64,000 nucleotides of DNA from Octopus sinensis. Lineage: Eukaryota. A model generated the notes under the pieces. That model ran no database searches and was not told the origin of the DNA. It was given only the letters and a program-made list of their open reading frames with translations. The stretch covers positions 36,530,464-36,594,463 of the forward strand of contig NC_043011.1 of the NCBI RefSeq assembly GCF_006345805.1, in the 5' to 3' direction. Shown piece by piece: positions 52,816-64,000 of this stretch (position 1 is its first letter; each line of letters opens with the position of its first letter). The translations under genes and the position numbers were made by a program.

Positions 52816-53213
52816 TCTTTATATATAAAAGTAAGGTTGTGTGCTGTCTGTCTCCTACGATTTAGATTCCTAACTACTCCCACATTTTGCGGTGCAGTTT
52901 AACCAAAACCGGGTATCTTATAGTCGTGATTCATATCGAGCCCTTCTGGGTATTAGCACGCGTCTACGATGAGTCTACGATTAAAAAAAAAATTTACCAT
53001 AAATTTTTCCCATTTTAAATGCATTTTTGGCATATATAAGGGAAGTAACTCTCTAAAAATTTATTATTAAATCTCAGAACGTAAAAAGCTACAGTAACAC
53101 CCCCCCCCTTTGTGGTTAGCCATATTGAGATGGCTATTATACTTTACATCTCTAAAAATGCTTATATAGTTATTTTCCTTACAAACCCGAGCAACGCCGG
53201 GCGATAATGCTAG
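52816..53213 (+). mobile_element. Non-autonomous Helitron
   Basis: 5' TC..atatataaaag; 3' hairpin cccgagcaacgccggg followed by CTAG|T. The 3' ~70 bp is shared with the element at 29609-29987. Confidence 0.85.
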
Positions 53214-53485
53214 TTGATTATAAGTGCGTTTGCCCTCGTCTTGTAATGGAAAATGTGTATTAGTTATATCGAAACAAATTTATTACTGTTGCTTATTTTA
53301 TTCTATGAACAGAGAAATAGGAACAGCTTGTACGTGAAATTAACAAACAAGTGGCCCAGCACTCCACAGATACGCGTACCCTTAAGGTAGTTCGCAAGGA
53401 GATTCAGCATGGCACAGAATGTGCTGGCCTTTTCAAATACTGATACTATCCATTTTTGCCAGCTGAGTGGACTGCAGCAACAAGT

Positions 53486-53877
53486 GGAGGCGCAATGGCC
53501 CAGTGGTTAGGGCAGCGAACTCGCGGCCGGAGGATCGCGGTTTCGATTCCCAGACCGGGCGTTGTGTGTGTTTATTGAGTGAAAACACCTAAAGCTCCAC
53601 GAGGCTCCGGCAGGGGGGTGGGTGGAAACCCTTGTTGTACTCTTTCGCCCCAAATTTCTCTCACTCTTTCTTCCTGTTTCTTGTCCCCGACTTCCTACGC
53701 AACCGCTGAGCCTGGATGCGCATTCATCCATCCGTCGATGCTCTTGGTGTCGGGGGTTGACCTGCTTTCTCTTCTGCGGGTCTTACGAATAGCTAAGGAC
53801 CACGTTTCGGACTTCTCCCATCTTGCGAGCTCTGGGACGAAGACCGTTCGCTCAACAGCAACAGCAACTGCAGCAAC
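53486..53877 (+). mobile_element. SINE family 2, tail type C ending in (CAG/CAA)-like repeats
   Basis: Intact CpG-rich head; the tail is unique among the four copies. Confidence 0.85.
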
Positions 53878-55131
53878 ATGTAATAAAGTCTCTTGCTCAA
53901 GAACACAACGCACCACCGTGTTTTTAACTCACGACATTACGATCAAGAGCTGAATACCCTGACCAGAAGGCCATGCGTTATTCCGAAGGCAATGAATCGA
54001 CAGATCTGCTAAAGTGTTGGCTACTATGTCTCACACTTCCGACTGTCTGCACTCTGGCTTCAAATCCAAATATGGTCGACTTTGTAATTCATATTATGGA
54101 GAGGGATTGAAAAAAATTAACAATCTAGTGTGACGAATTGGTACCAGTTCTGGCCTATTTTGCACACTGACTACAATCCTTGCGACGACAGCATTACCAT
54201 GTTGCATCGATCCAGGTCGGTAATTTTACTCATGGATAAACATTTGTGGTGTGAAAAGAAGAGATTGGCATGTTGTGGGCAACCTCCACTCTTCCCCAGA
54301 ATATTTTGTCCGTACATGCCCAGACATGTAGTATGGTCAACATTTACCGGAGACCCTATGTAACCGACATCAAATGTTACAGGGATAGTCTATTTTTGTT
54401 TTGTTTTTACCTAATGTATATAGGGAATGCAACTGGACACATTACCAATCACAATCGGCTTTGAAGACTATATTTAGTGCATTTCGTCATGACGACGGCA
54501 CGCTACGTTCTGAGTTCAAATTCCTCCGAGGTCGACTTTGCCGTTCATCCTTTCGGGGTCGATTAAATAAGTACCAGATATGCACTGGGATCGATCTAAT
54601 CGACTTAATCCCTTTGTCTGTCCTTGTTTGTCCCCTCTATGTTTAGCCCTTTGTGGGCAATAAAGAAATAGAGAGATTACCATGTATTTAGTAACTTCAG
54701 ATAAAACAAAAGGAGGCCCTCTCTGCTGTACATCATCTCCATTTGTTCACTAACTTATTTACAGAGTATAGTGAGTGGATTTTATTATGGTATTCGCTTT
54801 AGAGATCTTGTTTTGGTCCCACCAAGGCACTAACTGTCTTTTCTACCGTATTGGTTTCCATTCGTTAGTTCACCAGTACGACAGGGTTGTCTCATGCTAT
54901 GCAGTAAGTAGAAGGCAAAATAATAAGAGGGATACAGAGTGATAAACGAGAGAGTAGTGGAAGCGAGAGCGTGGAGGGCTAAAGAAAGGGGAAGAGAGAG
55001 AGTTGGGTAAGGAGCACTGACGGGAAGAGAATCGATAGATAATAACAATGATTAATAGAACAAAGAAAGAAGAGAGAGAGAGAGAGAGAGAGATAGAGAG
55101 GGAGAGAGAAAGAGGGAGAGAGAGAGAGGGA

Positions 55132-55167
<36 letters not shown>

Positions 55168-55415
55168 AGTGAGACAAAATAAGAATGCGATGAATAACAA
55201 TAAAAATGGGTGATGGCAAGTAGGTGCGAGTGATTGAATGATAGAGACTGACGTCATTAATGATTCATAGGGGAAGGAGCAATGGGGGAGAGAATATGAT
55301 AGCAATAAAGAAGACACAGTGCGATGCCGTTCCTCGTAATACAGGCGACGAGAGGGTGAGATATTGAGAGATACATGATAGATGGGTTCAGTGATATATA
55401 TTCTTTTCTACTCTA

Positions 55416-56280
55416 GACACAAGGCCCGAAATTTTTGTGGAGGGGGCCAGTCGATTAGACCGACCCCAGTACACAATTGGTACTTAATTTATCGACCCCG
55501 AAAGGATGAAAGACAAAATCGACCTCGGCTGAATTTGAAATCAGAACGTAATGACAGACGACACGAGGCCCGAAATTTTTGTGGAGGGGGCCAGTCGATT
55601 AGACCGACCCCAGTACGCAATTGGTACTTAATTTATCGACCCGAAGGATGAAAGACAAAATCGACCTCGGCTGAATTTGAAATCAGAACGTAATGACAGA
55701 CGACACGAGGCCCGAAATTTTTGTGGAGGGGGCCAGTCGATTAGACCGACCCCAGTACGCAATTGGTACTTAATTTATCGACCCCGAAAGGATGAAAGAC
55801 AAAATCGACCTCGGCTGAATTTGAAATCAGAACGTAATGTCAGACGAAATACCTATTTCTATTTCTTTACTACCCACAAGGGGCTAAACACAGAGGAAAC
55901 AAACAAGTACAGACAGACGGATTAAGTCGATTATATCGACGCCAGTGCACAACTGGTACTTTATTTATCGACCTCGAAAGGATGAAAGGCAAAGTCGACC
56001 TCGGCTGAATTTGAAATCAGAACGTAATGTCAGACGAAATACCTATTTCTATTTCTTTACCACCCACAAGGGGCTAAACACAGAGGAAACAAACAAGTAC
56101 AGACAGACGGATTAAGTCGATTATATCGACCCCAGTGCACAACTGGTACTTTATTTATCGACCCAGAAAGGATGAAAGGCAAAGTCGACCTCGGCTGAAT
56201 CTAACTCAGAACGTAGCGCAGACGAAATCCCGCTAAGCAATTTCGCCCGGCGTGCTAACAATGTGCCAGCTCGCCATCTT
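55416..56280 (-). repeat. Compound tandem array of family-4 SINE segments (3 x ~143 bp + 2 x 190 bp + head)
   Basis: Units start at 55416, 55560 and 55702, then 55847 and 56037; tRNA-like head at 56226-56280. Confidence 0.92.
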
Positions 56281-56287
56281 GTTGATG

Positions 56288-56318
<31 letters not shown>

Positions 56319-56357
56319 TGTATATATATATATAGAATATATATATATATATAATAT

Positions 56358-56388
<31 letters not shown>

Positions 56389-56409
56389 ATAATATATATA
56401 ATATATATG

Positions 56410-56444
<35 letters not shown>

Positions 56445-56465
56445 ATATATATATATATAATAGTT

Positions 56466-56840
56466 GAGGCGCAATGGCCCAGTGGTTAGGGCAGCGGACT
56501 CGCGGTCATAGGATCGCGGTTTCGATTCCCACACCAGGCGTTGTGAGTGTTTATTGAGCGAAAACACCTAAAGCTCCACGACAAGGATGGTGGTGATCCC
56601 TGCTGTACTCTTTCACCACGACTTTCTCTCACTCTTACTTCCCGTTTCTGTTGTACCTGTATTTCAAAGGGCCGGCCTTGTCATTCTCTGTGTCACGCTG
56701 AATATCCCCGAGAACTACGTTAAGGGTACACGTGTCTGTGGAGTGCTCAGCCACTTACACGTTAATTTCACGAGCAGGCTGTTCCGTTGATTCGGATCAA
56801 CCGGAACCCTCGTCGTCGTAACCGACGGAATGCTTCCATT
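56466..56840 (+). mobile_element. SINE family 2, tail type D
   Basis: Same head and body as the other copies, with a fourth distinct tail. Confidence 0.85.
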
Positions 56841-57209
56841 CCTTTCCATACGGTGACTTAATATGCGTGTATAATATGGGAAAGATACCTAGTGTAGCTA
56901 TTGTACATCTTAATTTCCACCACCATCATAACCTGACGTTCGTTTTCTTGCGCTTGCGTGGGTTGAGTGGGTCAATTCCAGCGCAGCATTTCGCCAAAAG
57001 TAACAGCCCTTTGTCATTTTTTTTTCCAAAAGTTCAGTTTCCTGACATCATAAAGTATATATTTTCCGACGATATTTCTATACTTATAAAGGAAACAAGG
57101 ATAGCTGCGTGATTAGAACACCGGACTAAATGTACCCCGAGGACAAGAATCAATCTTTCATTTTGCAATGGTTGATGAATACAAGTCTCATGCTGGGTGT
57201 TTTATTCCA

Positions 57210-57254
<45 letters not shown>

Positions 57255-57266
57255 CACCCACATAGA

Positions 57267-57334
<68 letters not shown>

Positions 57335-57352
57335 ATTATTATTATTATTATT

Positions 57353-57384
<32 letters not shown>

Positions 57385-57856
57385 TATTATTATTATTATT
57401 ATTATTATTTTTATTTATTTATTTATTTTTTAACTACAAAGAACTAGGCCTTATGCCACATGAAATAAAAAAAAAAATCAATATTTATGAATGGTTATAT
57501 ATCAAAGAAAGACACTGAAATGTATTAAATTTTGCTTTCTACCACAAGTTGAGTGTTATGGTATATGTACGTACGTATGTATGTATGTATGTATGTATGT
57601 ACGTATGTATGTATGTATGTATGTATGTATGTATGTATGTATGAATGTATGTATGTATACATATATTATATGTATAATATAGTACAATGGTATGTGTATA
57701 TATATATATAAGGTATTTACCTTTGCTTATTGAAACCTATAAATTTCCATTTTGATAATAGTTTCATATTATATCTAAGAAATTCTTTTCGAGGGAAGCT
57801 GTCAAAGTAATCGTCTGCAGAAGACAACCACCCCCTTACAATTTCCAATAATAATA

Positions 57857-57890
<34 letters not shown>

Positions 57891-58254
57891 CAATAATAAT
57901 AATAATAGTCATTGGAAGGAAGCGAAAATGTTTTTCTGTAAGAAAAAGCTCTTTGATCAATAAGTGCAAAAGTAATTCTTTAATTCTTTGGAGAAAAATG
58001 AAATGACGACAGCTACTTCTGTGAGGGAGGTATTCTAATGAGGAATTCAATTGTGGTACCAATATTGATGGAACTGACAAAATTTGCTATAGATAGTGGT
58101 ATTTAGTGATACCGCTGGTGCCAAGAAATAATAGAACCCATCAACTAGGAAACAGTTACAATTAATCTGCTGCTGCTGCTGTTTGAAGAATATGGTTTTG
58201 CTGTGATCGAAATGATTGCGGTACTGCATCGTTAATTGGCATGGCTTTTAATGA

Positions 58255-58310
58255 TTTCTTCTTCTTCTTCTTCCTTCTTCTTCTTCTTCTTCTTCTTTTC
58301 TTCTTCTTCT

Positions 58311-58342
<32 letters not shown>

Positions 58343-58745
58343 CTCCTCCCCTCCTCCTCCTCCTTATTCTTCCCCCTCCTCCTCCTCCTTCTTCTTCTCC
58401 TCCACCTTCTTCTTCTCCTCCACCGTCTTCTTCTCCTCCACCTTCTTCTCCTTCTTCTCCGCCTCCTTCTTCTTCTTCTTCTCTACCTTTTTCTTTTCCT
58501 CCACCTTCTTCTTCTCCCCCACCGTCTTCTTCTCCTCCACCTTCTCCTTCTTCTCCACCTCCTTCTTCTTCTTCTTCTCTACCTTTTTCTTCTCCTCCAC
58601 CTTCTTCTTCTCCCCCACTGTCTTCTTCTCCTCCACCTTCTTCTCCTTCTTCTCCGCCTTCTTCTTCTTCTTCTTCTTCTTCTTCTTCTTCTCTTCTTCT
58701 TCTTCGTATTCTTCGTGTTCTATTTCTTCTCATCAGTGGCTTTCT
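58255..58745. repeat. (CTT)/(CTC) tract with an internal 96-99 bp higher-order repeat
   Basis: accgtctt/actgtctt at 58422, 58521 and 58617; ctctacc at 58481 and 58577. Confidence 0.9.
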
Positions 58746-59802
58746 CCATCACCATCTTCCTCCTTCTCCTTCACTTCCGTTTCGTCCTAATCTCCATTCT
58801 ACACCTCCTCTTCCATGTCATCACCACCAGTATTTTCTTCTTTTTGTTCTACTAGTTGTTGTTCTTATTATTTTCTTCCCCCTCCCCTCCTTCCCCTCCT
58901 CTTTTTCTTCTTTCCCCCTCCTCCCCTCACCTTCTCTTCCTTCTTTTTTCTCTTCCTCCACTTGTTTTCCGTCCTCCTCCTCTTATTTTCCGTCCTCCTC
59001 CTCTTATTTTCCGTCCTCCTTCTCCTCTCTTGTTGTTGTTGTTGTTGTTGTTGTTGTTCTTCTTCTTCTTCTTCTTCTTCTTCTTTTCCTTTAATCCTCC
59101 TTTCGCTATCACTTTTGTTCGCCAAGATAGATAAACTACCACAAACAATAAGATATAAAATACAAAAATAACCATCAATCTATATACACAGAGAAAGAAT
59201 AATTATTTTCCAAGACAGTGAAACCAATTATAAATAAACAGAATTTGGAGGAAACGTAAATGTATTTTCATTTTGAGACTTCTGTCGTCTAGATTCGTAA
59301 CTAAACTGTCTGTTGGTTTCGAAAGTTAACATTTACAAAGGCAATTCTTTAATAATGAATGGTTTTAAGATTATTATCTTGCCGAGGAATGTCTGCTGTC
59401 TGTGGTGCTACGCTAAAATTGCTAGAATTGATTCTTGCATATAATCTGAGAGATCCGGGGTTCGTGGTTTGAATCAGGTTTATTTTTATTTTTGCTTTTT
59501 GCGTAATAAATTGCAAGAATTAATAATAATACTTTGTGAGTGTTTGTCACAAGGCCAGTAACATTTAGGGGTGATGGGATCGATTACATTGACCCCCGTG
59601 TTGAAGTTGTACTTATTTTATCGAGCCCGAAAGAATGAAAGGCAAAATCGACCTCGGGAGGATTTGAACTCAAAACGTAAAGCCAAAAGAGATGGTGCCT
59701 TGTACTGAGACAGGCGTCTTATCAGTTCTGTCAGCTCACTGCCCTAAATGAAAGATGAATAATTTCAGCATTTCAATATCGAAACATTTAAAGATATTCT
59801 GT

Positions 59803-60050
59803 TATTTACATTATTTACAATTGACGGATATTTGTCCCCATCTTGTTTGTTGTTAACACAACATTTCGGCTGATATACACGCCAACCTTCATCAGGTGTC
59901 TTGGGGAAATTTCGAACCTGGGTTCTCATTCCTAAAATATTTTTCGACGTTTTTATTATAATTCAGTTACAGCCTGGAATCGAACTCGGAATCTTGGGGT
60001 TAGTAGTCCGCACTCTTAACCACTATGCCATATGTCCATGGGCGTATTCT
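59803..60050 (-). mobile_element. HHR-SINE copy 6; HHR at 59855-59900
   Basis: gacac-CTGATGA-aggttg...cagcc-GAAA-tGTT-gtgtt with tRNA-like head; tail 3'-truncated. Confidence 0.85.
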
Positions 60051-60073
60051 GTTATTCTTAGTCTACTTTAATA

Positions 60074-60280
<207 letters not shown>

Positions 60281-62373
60281 TATTAAATGAATATGAGAAA
60301 GACAGGAGATAAAAAACGATTTATTCGTGATCAGAGTCGAAAAACCGGAGTTAAACCTGGGCTCAAATAGCAGTGGATGATGAAAAGCTTATATATGAGT
60401 AGTAAGTCTATAGTTCAACAATAGCGATTGATTATGTATTTCAAAATAACTGAGGTTAGACCAAAGTTCAGATTTAGTGGATTAATTATATTATTATAAC
60501 TGTAGTTATACTATCGTTCAAATGTCATGGATATTGTTGGCTATATAGTACTTGGAGTAGGACTACAGAATAACAATAGTTAATCTCTGGTTCAACTATT
60601 GTTCAACTCGGGAGCCTCTTGTCTTTCTTTTCAAGAAGTAGAGTAAAATTTTGATGAATATGTTTAACTTTTGAATTTATGGAAATTTGGAACTTTTTCA
60701 TTCTTAGCAGATCGAGAGACCATGAAAGGAGCACTTGTGTTGGTTCGTGGCAAAACTTGTTATTTGCAGAGAAAGTTTGATGCAAAAAGAAAATAGAAAA
60801 TGGTGCAGAAAATAATTAATGCTATTTCGTTTGGTGTCGCAGAAGCTATGGAGATAGAGAGAGAAGCAAATTTGTTCTCCGTCCCACGAGATGGACGAAA
60901 AAAAGTACAAACAACATACAAGGACTGACTAAATGAAACAAAACTTCTTTGCTTTAAAAGAGTCATGGACTTCACCAAAATGTAATCTCAAAATTATTAT
61001 ATTGACGGTGACATTATGCTGTGCAAATAAAATCTACAATTATTTTTTTCTTTTCACTCATTTTAGAAAATCATTGAATATGCTTAACATTCTCATATTT
61101 CATACAATTGAATGCATGAGATGATAATAACAATGATTCAATTTGCTTTGTTGAAGCAAGCAACTCAATGAAATATTTCCTTCTCTTGTTGAAACTCGTT
61201 TTTTCTCTTTTTTTTTATGGCGTCTCTTTCTCGTTTTCGTTTTCTTTTACTATCCTTTGCCTTCCATTTCAAAACATCGCTGATTTCCATCTCCTCTCCT
61301 TTATTCAATTCCCTGGTTTTTATTTTGGAATTACCACCTAACTTAATTACATCCCATGGATTACGCAACGATCGCTCAAAAGTCTTCGTCAGAAATCAAA
61401 AGGAAAGCCGTCTGAAGCCAATTCAATCAGCTCAGAGTAATCGGAAAAGCTGTCTAAGATTTCAATACGAGATGCCTTCAGCATTGTAAGATGAAATCGT
61501 TGATGTCAAGCCAGTGAAAACTAATGAAAGATCTGCCGATAGTAAGCTGACATTAGATATTTCGTATGCAACTCTGTATGTACAGTGCAGGAGAATCACC
61601 TATCTTTAGCAGTAAATCAGTGACAAGTACAGAAGTGTGGAACAGAAATACTAAAATAAATAGATATGAAGTAAGAAAGAGAAATTATTAGTTTCTGAAC
61701 TGCTGGATACCTACCTGTATGCAGAAGTCATCATTATAGGTTTTAGGTGAACAAGAAAAACGAAAAGAAATGGAAAAATGCGACGTAAGATTTCCTTATC
61801 AAACATGATGGCTGGTGCCGTATAATCAGCTCAACTTCTAACAAATGTTTTATTCAATGGAACTGGGTGGGATCATGATTTACTTCGATTAAATAAAAGT
61901 ACGATGGCTCAACGTTTATAGTAGTTGGATGTATTCTTGTAAATCACGTGTTCAGATCATATGACACAGATTATTTTATTTATTCAATAGTTCCTGTTAC
62001 TCGATAGTCAATGATGGACATTGCTTTATTCGAAAATATCAACTAAGCACATAATTTAAACTGCTGCATATTTTATCGATCTCTATTTGTAGAATCGAAA
62101 CTATAAGAGACACTGTATATAATCTAAACATTAACAGAGTATTCCTTTCTTTCATAAACAGCAAGTTTTCTGCTACTAAGCTTGAGATATTTGTTATAGT
62201 TTTACTGTCAACTAATTTTATATTAAGAAGTGAACACTTAATGCATGGCTTCACATTATAAAGGTTAATGTGCGAAGATGTTAGAACAACTGCATTCAAA
62301 GATTGGAAACAAAGAAGCTTCAGGATTCATTCATTTCCCATGCAATATTATAAAAAGATATCTAAAATATTCG

Positions 62374-62473
<100 letters not shown>

Positions 62474-62539
62474 CATTCATCCATCCATCCTTCTGTCTCT
62501 CCATCTATATCTCCCTATTTGTATACACACACACACATA

Positions 62540-62905
62540 TATTCTTTTACTTATTTCAGTCATTTGACTGCGGCCATGCTGGAGCACCGCCTTTAGTCGC
62601 ACAAATCGACCCCAGGACTTATTGTTTGTTAGCCTATTACTTATTCTATCGGTCTCTTTTGCTGAACCATCAAGTTACGGGGACGTAAACACACCAGCAT
62701 TGGTTGTCAAGTGATGTTGGTGGGACAAACACACACACATATGACGGGCTTCTTTCAGTTTCCGTCTACCAAATCCACTCACAAAGCTTTGGTCGGGCCG
62801 AGGCTATAGTAGAAGACACTTGCCCAAGGTGCCACGCAGTGGGACTTAACCTGGAACCATGTGGTTGGTAAGCAAGCTGCTTACCACACAGCCACTCCTA
62901 CGCCT
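62540..62905 (-). mobile_element. SINE family 1, full-length copy with CpGs retained
   Basis: Complete homology to the family-1 consensus. Confidence 0.9.
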
Positions 62906-62910
62906 ATATA

Positions 62911-62942
<32 letters not shown>

Positions 62943-63010
62943 GCTTTCGGTGTGAATGTTTTTTTTATTACGGCGCCGTGGTTTACACTCCTGTAAATAA
63001 TAATGGTATT

Positions 63011-63214
63011 TTTATATAAGCTTAAAGCTTATCGCGATCACCATGCAATGACTAAGGAAAATGGATTAATAAAGGGGCATATAAGCCCTCGACAGAAAAA
63101 AAACGGCTTTCCTATTTCTTTTTTCTGTCGAGGACTCACATACACTTTTAATTAGACCATTTTCCTTAGTCATTGCACGGTGATCGCTCGCCATAAGCTT
63201 TAAGCTTATTTAAA
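63011..63214. repeat. Fold-back (arms ~90 bp, 17 bp spacer), MITE-like
   Basis: taagcttaaagcttat...atgactaaggaaaatgg...cctcgacagaaaaaa and its reverse complement. Confidence 0.85.
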
Positions 63215-63509
63215 AGTACTATATGTGTGCGTGCGTATATATATACATATAGGTCTCTGTGTGTTTGTGCGTGTGTGTGCGTTTGTTTGTGTGTGTGAAA
63301 CAAAAAGAGAATCAATACTAGAATGTAGTGTGTGTTATATTTATTCACTTACATTACAGCAAAGAGTTTCACTATTTCCGATTCTTCTGATAGTAATTTT
63401 AGCTTTTCTATTTGTATTAATCATTAGGATAGCAATAAAAGAATTTATTCCTCTTTAATATTTAAATTATGAATGGCACAATTCTTTATCCGTTATGCAA
63501 GTAGAACAA

Positions 63510-63910
63510 TAAGAAAATAGAGGGGTTCAATAGATGGTTCATCAACTCTTAGGTATTATATTATGTCGACTTATTTATTTATTTACTAAAATAACAATTA
63601 CAAGAATATACATACATGTATAAAATATATTATGCTTTACATATAAAAATATATTAATATATAAAGATATCAGTAATTATTAAAATATAACATATAGGAA
63701 TATAAAGGAATATAAATATAAAGGAACATAGATTTATATTCCTGTATGTTATATTTTAATAATTACTGGTATCTTTATATATTAGTATATTTTATATGTA
63801 AAGCATAATGTGTTATACATGTATGTATATTCTTGTAATTGTCATTTTAGTAAATAAATAAGTTAACATAATATAATGTCTAAAATTGATGAACCACCCC
63901 CATTTTCTTA
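63510..63910. repeat. AT-rich fold-back (core arms 63536-63706 and 63733-63895, 26 bp spacer) next to (CT)n(TA)n
   Basis: ggttcatcaa...ggaatataaa / tttatattcc...ttgatgaacc. Confidence 0.88.
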
Positions 63911-63984
<74 letters not shown>

Positions 63985-64000
63985 GGTGTATTCGTTTACA

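Noticed and set aside
53486-53560. tRNA-like sequences (also 11690, 38461, 56466) as tRNA genes
   Set aside because: They lack a complete acceptor stem and terminator and continue into repeated SINE bodies.
58730-58740. CTGATGAG on the minus strand as a hammerhead core
   Set aside because: No stem II and no stem I complementarity.
60600-60950. Possible hAT transposase remnant (EIEREANLFSVPRDG)
   Set aside because: Only vague motif resemblance with multiple stops; cannot be supported without a search.

Overview
This is AT-rich eukaryotic genomic DNA dominated by microsatellites and transposon remnants. The repeat families and composition suggest a cephalopod such as octopus (inference, not database-checked). 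No host protein-coding gene could be identified with confidence, and almost all listed ORFs are translations of simple repeats. Recognisable coding remnants are a Penelope-like (Neptune-type) GIY-YIG endonuclease C-terminus (34436-35071, minus, uninterrupted), an RNase H + CCHC I-group LINE 3' end (42303-42962), several mariner transposase remnants (one full-length with TIRs at 21081-22324) and two CR1/L2-group LINE 3' fragments. There are also two Helitrons, a hAT MITE, a pogo-type MITE and at least five tRNA-derived SINE families. The most notable pattern is a high density of minimal type I hammerhead-ribozyme (HHR) motifs from several unrelated sequence families. Most lie in fold-back (inverted) duplications whose arms read outward from the centre, usually next to (TA)n tracts. 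One family of six copies is a tRNA-headed SINE whose 3' half carries the HHR, and it also occurs as a head-to-head fold-back, suggesting a SINE that uses Penelope-like machinery. Other observations are a SINE-mediated unequal-crossover duplication with a mappable crossover, one SINE head with four different tails, and an apparently orphan HSE+TATA promoter near 41.9 kb at an apparent CpG-retention boundary.
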